A stretch of DNA of 64,000 nt from Isoptericola halotolerans (GTDB taxonomy: Bacteria > Actinomycetota > Actinomycetes > Actinomycetales > Cellulomonadaceae). The position numbers and the translations under genes are program-made. The notes under the pieces are model-generated. The model was not told where the DNA came from and made no database searches. It saw only the letters and a list, made by a program, of their open reading frames with translations. The DNA lies in assembly GCF_013149785.1 (NCBI RefSeq), contig NZ_JABEZU010000001.1, forward strand, positions 1,488,001 through 1,552,000, read 5' to 3'. Position 1 is the stretch's first letter, and each line of letters starts with the position of its first letter. Positions 59,228 to 64,000 of the stretch are shown in pieces.

Positions 59228-60757
59228 TTGACCCACATCCCGACCGATCCTGAGAACACCCCCGCCGTCACCGAACCCAGCGAGGCGCGTGACGCGCAGT
59301 CGATCGCGAACGACGTCGTCGCGCGGGTGCTGGCGCGGGCCGGGACCGCTCGGGCGGAGGGCACGACGGTCCACACCGCGCACGACGGCGAGCAGCTCGA
59401 CCTCGCCGAGCGCGCAGCCCTGCGCCGGGTCGCCGGGCTCTCGACGGAGCTCGACGACGTCACCGAGGTGGAGTACCGGCAGCTCCGGCTGGAGAAGGTG
59501 GTCCTGGTCGGGCTGTTCCCCGGCGGCGAGGCCGCCGCGCGCGAGGCCGACGTCTCCCTGCGTGAGCTCGCCGCGCTGGCCGAGACCGCCGGCTCCCAGG
59601 TGCTGGACGGCCTGCTGCAGAAGCGTCAGAAGCCGGACCCCGGCACCTTCCTGGGTTCAGGAAAGGCCGCCGAGCTCGCCGGGATCGTCGCCGCCACCGG
59701 CGCCGACACCGTCGTGGTCGACACCGAGCTCGCCCCGTCCCAGCGGCGCGCGCTGGAGGACATCGTCAAGGTCAAGGTGGTCGACCGCACCGCCCTGATC
59801 CTCGACATCTTCGCCCAGCACGCCAAGTCCCGGGAGGGCAAGGCCCAGGTCGAGCTCGCGCAGCTGGAGTACCTGCTGCCGCGGCTGCGCGGCTGGGGTG
59901 AGTCGATGTCCCGGCAGGCCGGTGGTCAGGTCGGCGGTGCGGGTGCCGGGATGGGCTCGCGCGGACCTGGTGAGACCAAGATCGAGCTGGACCGCCGCCG
60001 GATCCGCAACCGCATGGCCAAGCTGCGTCGCGAGATCGCCGCCATGGCGCCGGCGCGTGAGACCAAGCGGCACGACCGCAAGCGGCACGACATCCCCAAC
60101 GTCGCGATCGCGGGATACACGAACGCCGGCAAGTCGTCCCTGCTGAACGCTCTGACCGACGCGGGCGTCCTGGTGGAGAACGCGCTGTTCGCCACCCTGG
60201 ACCCGACGGTCCGTCGCTCGAGGACGGAGGACGGGCGCGTCTTCACCTATGCCGACACCGTGGGCTTCGTCCGTCACCTGCCGCACCAGCTCGTCGAGGC
60301 CTTCCGGTCGACGCTCGAGGAGGTCGGGGACGCCGCGCTGCTGCTGCACGTGGTCGACGCGTCGCACCCCGACCCGGAGGGCCAGATCGACGCCGTCCGG
60401 GAGGTCCTGGCCGAGATCCCCGGCATGGACGACGTGACCGAGGTCGTCGTGCTGAACAAGGCGGACGTCGCCGACCCCACCGTCGTGGGCCGTGTCCAGC
60501 GGCGCGAGCGGCGCACGGTCGTGGTCTCCGCCCACTCCGGCGAGGGCATCGCCGAGCTGCGGGCGCTCATCGCGGACGAGCTGCCCCGACCGGCCGTCGA
60601 GATCGACCTGGTCGTCCCGTACAGCCGCGGCGACCTGGTCCACCGGGTCCACGAGAACGGTGAGATCTCCGGCGAGGAGCACCTCGCCGAGGGCACGCGG
60701 TTGCAGGGACGCGTCGACGCGGCGCTCGCCGCGGAGCTCGAGAGCGTCGCGGTCTGA
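59228..60757 (+). CDS. hflX: GTPase HflX
   Basis: DRTALILDIFAQHA, GPGETKIE, GYTNAGKSS, LFATLD, DTVGF, NKAD; probable TTG start after SD GAGG. Confidence 0.96.
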   Translation: MTHIPTDPENTPAVTEPSEARDAQSIANDVVARVLARAGTARAEGTTVHTAHDGEQLDLAERAALRRVAGLSTELDDVTEVEYRQLRLEKVVLVGLFPGGEAAAREADVSLRELAALAETAGSQVLDGLLQKRQKPDPGTFLGSGKAAELAGIVAATGADTVVVDTELAPSQRRALEDIVKVKVVDRTALILDIFAQHAKSREGKAQVELAQLEYLLPRLRGWGESMSRQAGGQVGGAGAGMGSRGPGETKIELDRRRIRNRMAKLRREIAAMAPARETKRHDRKRHDIPNVAIAGYTNAGKSSLLNALTDAGVLVENALFATLDPTVRRSRTEDGRVFTYADTVGFVRHLPHQLVEAFRSTLEEVGDAALLLHVVDASHPDPEGQIDAVREVLAEIPGMDDVTEVVVLNKADVADPTVVGRVQRRERRTVVVSAHSGEGIAELRALIADELPRPAVEIDLVVPYSRGDLVHRVHENGEISGEEHLAEGTRLQGRVDAALAAELESVAV

Positions 60758-60766
60758 GTCCTGTGG

Positions 60767-60795
60767 ACGGCCCGGCACGTGCGTGCCGGGCCCGT
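60767..60795 (+). terminator. Hairpin after hflX, abutting the -10 of the DinG-family gene
   Basis: GGCCCGGCAC / GTGCCGGGCC inverted repeat followed by TAGGAT at 60795-60800. Confidence 0.45.
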
Positions 60796-60806
60796 AGGAT
60801 CGTCCG

Positions 60807-62873
60807 GTGAACTCGTCCGCGGCGTCCGCCGAGCCCCCCGACAGCCTGCCCGAGGTCACCGAGCTGCTCGACCGCGCCGTGGCCGCCCTCGGGGGCACGC
60901 GGCGTGAGGGGCAGGACCGGATGGCGCAGGCGGTCACGGAGGCCGTCGAGTCCGGGCGGCACCTGCTGGTCCAGGCAGGCACGGGCACCGGCAAGTCCCT
61001 GGGCTACCTGGTGCCCGCGGTGCGGCACGCGGTCGCCTCGAGGCAGCGGGTGGTCGTCTCCACGGCGACGCTCGCCCTGCAGCGCCAGGTCATCACCCGC
61101 GACCTGCCCCTGGTGGCCGACGCCGTCGCGCCCCTCCTGCCGAGACCCCCCCGCGTCGCGCTGCTCAAGGGGTGGCACAACTACCTGTGCCGCCACAAGG
61201 TCACCGGCGGCTACCCGGTCGACGGCGCGACGTTGTTCGACCTCCCCGCGGACCCTGGCCCCGGTGAGGGTGCGGCGGCCGAGCAGCACCCCGCCGCCGG
61301 CGGGTCCGACGACGGTTCGCGCCTCGCGGACCACGTCCGGCGGCTGCACGCCTGGGCCCAGGAGACCGACACCGGGGACCGTGACGACCTGGTGCCCGGT
61401 GTCCCCGACCGGGCCTGGCGCCAGGTGTCGGTGACGTCGCTGGAGTGCCTGGGCCAACGGTGCCCGCTCATCGACGAGTGCTTCGGTGAGCAGGCACGAA
61501 ACACGGCTCGCGAGGCGGACGTCGTCGTGACGAACCACGCGATGCTGGGCATCGCGGCGTCCGGCAACTCCAACGTCCTCCCGGAGCACGACGTGCTGGT
61601 GGTCGACGAGGCGCACGAGCTCGTCGACCGCATCACGGCCGCGGCGACGGTCGACCTGTCCGGCAGCAGCGTGGAGCACGCCGCCCGGCTGGTGCGCCGG
61701 CACGGTGGCACCCTGACGGACGACCTGGACGCCGCGGCGCAGTCGCTCGCCGGCCTGCTGGCACAGGTTCCGGCTGAGCGCTTCCCGCAGGGACTGCCGC
61801 CGGACCTGCGGTCGGCCGTCGAGGCGGTCCGTGACGCCGCCAGGTCGTTGCTCAGCGACCTGAAGCCGGACAAGGGGGCCGAGCAGGACGCCGGGCTGAA
61901 GATGGCGCAGTCGGCGATGCAGCAGCTCTTCGAGGTCGCCGAGCGGATGGCGGCCCCGGACACGAGCGACGACGTGCTGTGGTGCTCGCGCCCCCCGGCC
62001 GACGCGCCGTGGGGTGACGGCGTCGGGCGTCTGCACGCGGCACCGCTCGCCGTCGCCGGACTGATCAGCACCCAGCTGCTGGGTGAGCGCAGCGGGGTGC
62101 TCACGTCGGCGACGCTGGCGCTCGGGGGCACCTTCGACCCGGTGGCGAGATCGTTGGGGCTCGCCGCCTCGACGGGCGACGACGACGCGGCGTGGCGAGG
62201 CCTGGACGTCGGCAGCCCGTTCGACTACCGCAAGCAGGGCATCTGCTACGTCGCGAAGCACCTTCCCGCGCCGGGCCGGGAGCCGACGACGGCCGCGCAG
62301 CTCGACGAGATCGCGGGACTCGTCGAGGCGGCGGGCGGGCGCACCCTCGGGCTGTTCTCGTCACGGCGGGCGGCGACGGCGGCCGCCGAGGCGATGCGTG
62401 ACCGGCTGGACGTCCCGGTGCTCTGCCAGGGCGACGACCAGCTCCCGACCCTCGTGAAGCAGTTCGCCGAGGACCCGGAGACCTGCTTGTTCGGCACCCT
62501 GTCGCTGTGGCAGGGCGTGGACGTCCCGGGGGACGCCTGCCGCCTGGTCATCATCGACAGGGTGCCGTTCCCGCGCCCTGACGACCCGGTCAGGTCGGCG
62601 CGGGCGCGTGCGGTCGAGGAGGCAGGGGGCAACGGCTTCATGCAGGTCGCGGCGTCCCACGCGGCACTGCTCCTCGCCCAGGGCGCGGGCCGGCTGATCC
62701 GGTCGGCGCAGGACCGAGGAGTCGTCGCGGTGCTCGATCCCCGCCTGGTCACGGCCCGGTACGGCTCGTTCCTCACGCGGTCGATGCCCGACTTCTGGCG
62801 GACCACCGACGGCGACCTGGCTCGGTCGGCGTTGCGTCGTCTGGCGGAGACTCCTCCCTCTGGCGCTCGGTGA
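60807..62873 (+). CDS. dinG: DinG/YoaA family ATP-dependent DNA helicase
   Basis: QAGTGTGKS, KGWHNYLC and further Cys (Fe-S), VDEAH, TSATL, SPF, WQGVD, QGAGRLIR. Confidence 0.92.
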   Translation: MNSSAASAEPPDSLPEVTELLDRAVAALGGTRREGQDRMAQAVTEAVESGRHLLVQAGTGTGKSLGYLVPAVRHAVASRQRVVVSTATLALQRQVITRDLPLVADAVAPLLPRPPRVALLKGWHNYLCRHKVTGGYPVDGATLFDLPADPGPGEGAAAEQHPAAGGSDDGSRLADHVRRLHAWAQETDTGDRDDLVPGVPDRAWRQVSVTSLECLGQRCPLIDECFGEQARNTAREADVVVTNHAMLGIAASGNSNVLPEHDVLVVDEAHELVDRITAAATVDLSGSSVEHAARLVRRHGGTLTDDLDAAAQSLAGLLAQVPAERFPQGLPPDLRSAVEAVRDAARSLLSDLKPDKGAEQDAGLKMAQSAMQQLFEVAERMAAPDTSDDVLWCSRPPADAPWGDGVGRLHAAPLAVAGLISTQLLGERSGVLTSATLALGGTFDPVARSLGLAASTGDDDAAWRGLDVGSPFDYRKQGICYVAKHLPAPGREPTTAAQLDEIAGLVEAAGGRTLGLFSSRRAATAAAEAMRDRLDVPVLCQGDDQLPTLVKQFAEDPETCLFGTLSLWQGVDVPGDACRLVIIDRVPFPRPDDPVRSARARAVEEAGGNGFMQVAASHAALLLAQGAGRLIRSAQDRGVVAVLDPRLVTARYGSFLTRSMPDFWRTTDGDLARSALRRLAETPPSGAR

Positions 62874-62895
62874 GCGCGCGCCCTAGCCTGGGCGC

Positions 62896-63855
62896 GTGAC
62901 CGTACCTCGCAGGCAGACCAAGCTCGCCGTCGTCGGTGCGGGTGCCGTCGGTGCCACCCTCGCCTTCACCGCCCTGAACCGCGGCACGGCGCGCACCGTC
63001 GCCCTGATGGACGTCAACAAGGCCAAGGTGGAGGCCGAGGTGCTCGACCTCCAGCACGGCGCGATGTTCGTCCCGCAGGCCGAGGTGATCGGTTCCGACG
63101 ACGTCGAGGTCTGCCGTGACGCCGACGTGGTCGTCGTCACGGCCGGCGCGAAGCAGCGGCCGGGCCAGTCGCGGCTGGATCTCGCCGAGGCGACGATCTC
63201 GCTGACGCGCGCGATCCTGCCGGGACTGGTCGAGGTCGCCCCGCACGCCACCTTCCTGCTGGTCACGAACCCTGTCGACGTGGTGACGCGGGCCGCCCAG
63301 GAGATCTCCGGCCTGCCTCCCGAGCGGGTGTTCGGTTCGGGGACGGTGCTGGACTCGTCGCGGCTGCGTGCGGCGCTCGCCCAGCACTGCGGCGTCGCGA
63401 CGGCCAACGTGCACGCCTACGTGGCCGGTGAGCACGGGGACTCGGAGATCGCCCTGTGGAGCTCGGCGCGAATCGCCGGGGTGCCGCTGCTGGAGTGGGA
63501 ACCGTTGCCGGGCCGATCGCCGCTGGACGCCGAGGCGCGCAAGCTCATCGCTCGCGACGTCGTCGAGTCGGCGTACCGGGTGATCGCCGGCAAGGGTGCC
63601 ACCAACTATGCCGTCGGTCTGGCCGCCACACGGATCGTCGAAGCGGTGCTCAACGACGAGCACCGGGTGATGCCCGTGTCCACGAGGATCGACGGCTTCC
63701 ACGGGATCAGCGACGTGTGTCTGTCTCTCCCCACCCTGGTCGACGCCCGTGGCGCGACCACCGTCGTGGACACGCCGCTGTCCGACGAGGAGGCGGAAGG
63801 ACTGCGGTCGTCGGCCGCGAGCGTCCGCGCCGTCCAGCGGCGGTTCGACCTCTGA
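62896..63855 (+). CDS. ldh: L-lactate dehydrogenase
   Basis: GAGAVG, TAGAKQRPGQSRLDL (Gln specificity residue), NPVD, GSGTVLDSSR, GEHGDS, KGATNY. Confidence 0.93.
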   Translation: MTVPRRQTKLAVVGAGAVGATLAFTALNRGTARTVALMDVNKAKVEAEVLDLQHGAMFVPQAEVIGSDDVEVCRDADVVVVTAGAKQRPGQSRLDLAEATISLTRAILPGLVEVAPHATFLLVTNPVDVVTRAAQEISGLPPERVFGSGTVLDSSRLRAALAQHCGVATANVHAYVAGEHGDSEIALWSSARIAGVPLLEWEPLPGRSPLDAEARKLIARDVVESAYRVIAGKGATNYAVGLAATRIVEAVLNDEHRVMPVSTRIDGFHGISDVCLSLPTLVDARGATTVVDTPLSDEEAEGLRSSAASVRAVQRRFDL

Positions 63856-63889
63856 GGCCACCGCGAGGGCTGCGGGGCGATCGGTCGTT

Positions 63890-64000
63890 CTAGAGGCTGC
63901 GGAGCACGGCGACCACGCGACCGAGGATCTGCGCCTCGTCGCCGGCGATCGGGTCGTACGCCGAGTTCTGGGGCATGAGCCACGTGTGGCCGCCCGACTG
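63890..64000 (-). CDS. lexA: LexA repressor, C-terminal end (partial)
   Basis: Reverse strand reads [36 protein letters not shown]; lexA usually lies convergent to the DinG-family gene in actinomycetes. Confidence 0.85.
   Translation of the reverse strand, partial: QSGGHTWLMPQNSAYDPIAGDEAQILGRVVAVLRSL

Overview
High-GC actinobacterial chromosome segment, probably Micrococcales (Cellulomonas/Actinotalea-like; taxonomy inferred from gene order and protein style only). It is mostly conserved core genome: proS-rimP-nusA-ylxR-infB-rbfA-truB-ribF-rpsO-pnp-M16 peptidase-dapB, then a ~14 kb variable zone (MFS transporters, two GH3 glycosidases with a TetR regulator, GNAT, AzlCD, SSADH), then dapA-rnj-ftsK-pgsA-cinA-clgR, nei/lhr, recA-recX, gluABCD, miaB, two tandem YbjN-like genes, miaA-dapF, hflX, a DinG-family helicase, ldh and the 3' end of lexA. 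I found no rRNA, tRNA, CRISPR array or transposase. The most unusual element is non-coding: directly upstream of infB (IF2) lie three 4-5-codon micro-ORFs linked by overlapping ATGA stop/starts, followed by a hairpin that covers the infB Shine-Dalgarno. This is a candidate re-initiation relay for sensing initiation capacity or IF2 autoregulation. Other points: a 16-bp palindromic operator in three copies linking the TetR to both GH3 units, a 1-nt frameshift near the end of one GH3 gene, SOS-box plus RecA-NDp promoters at recA and a RecA-NDp-like promoter at lhr, and widespread leaderless gene starts. All calls come from reading the sequence; no database searches were run.
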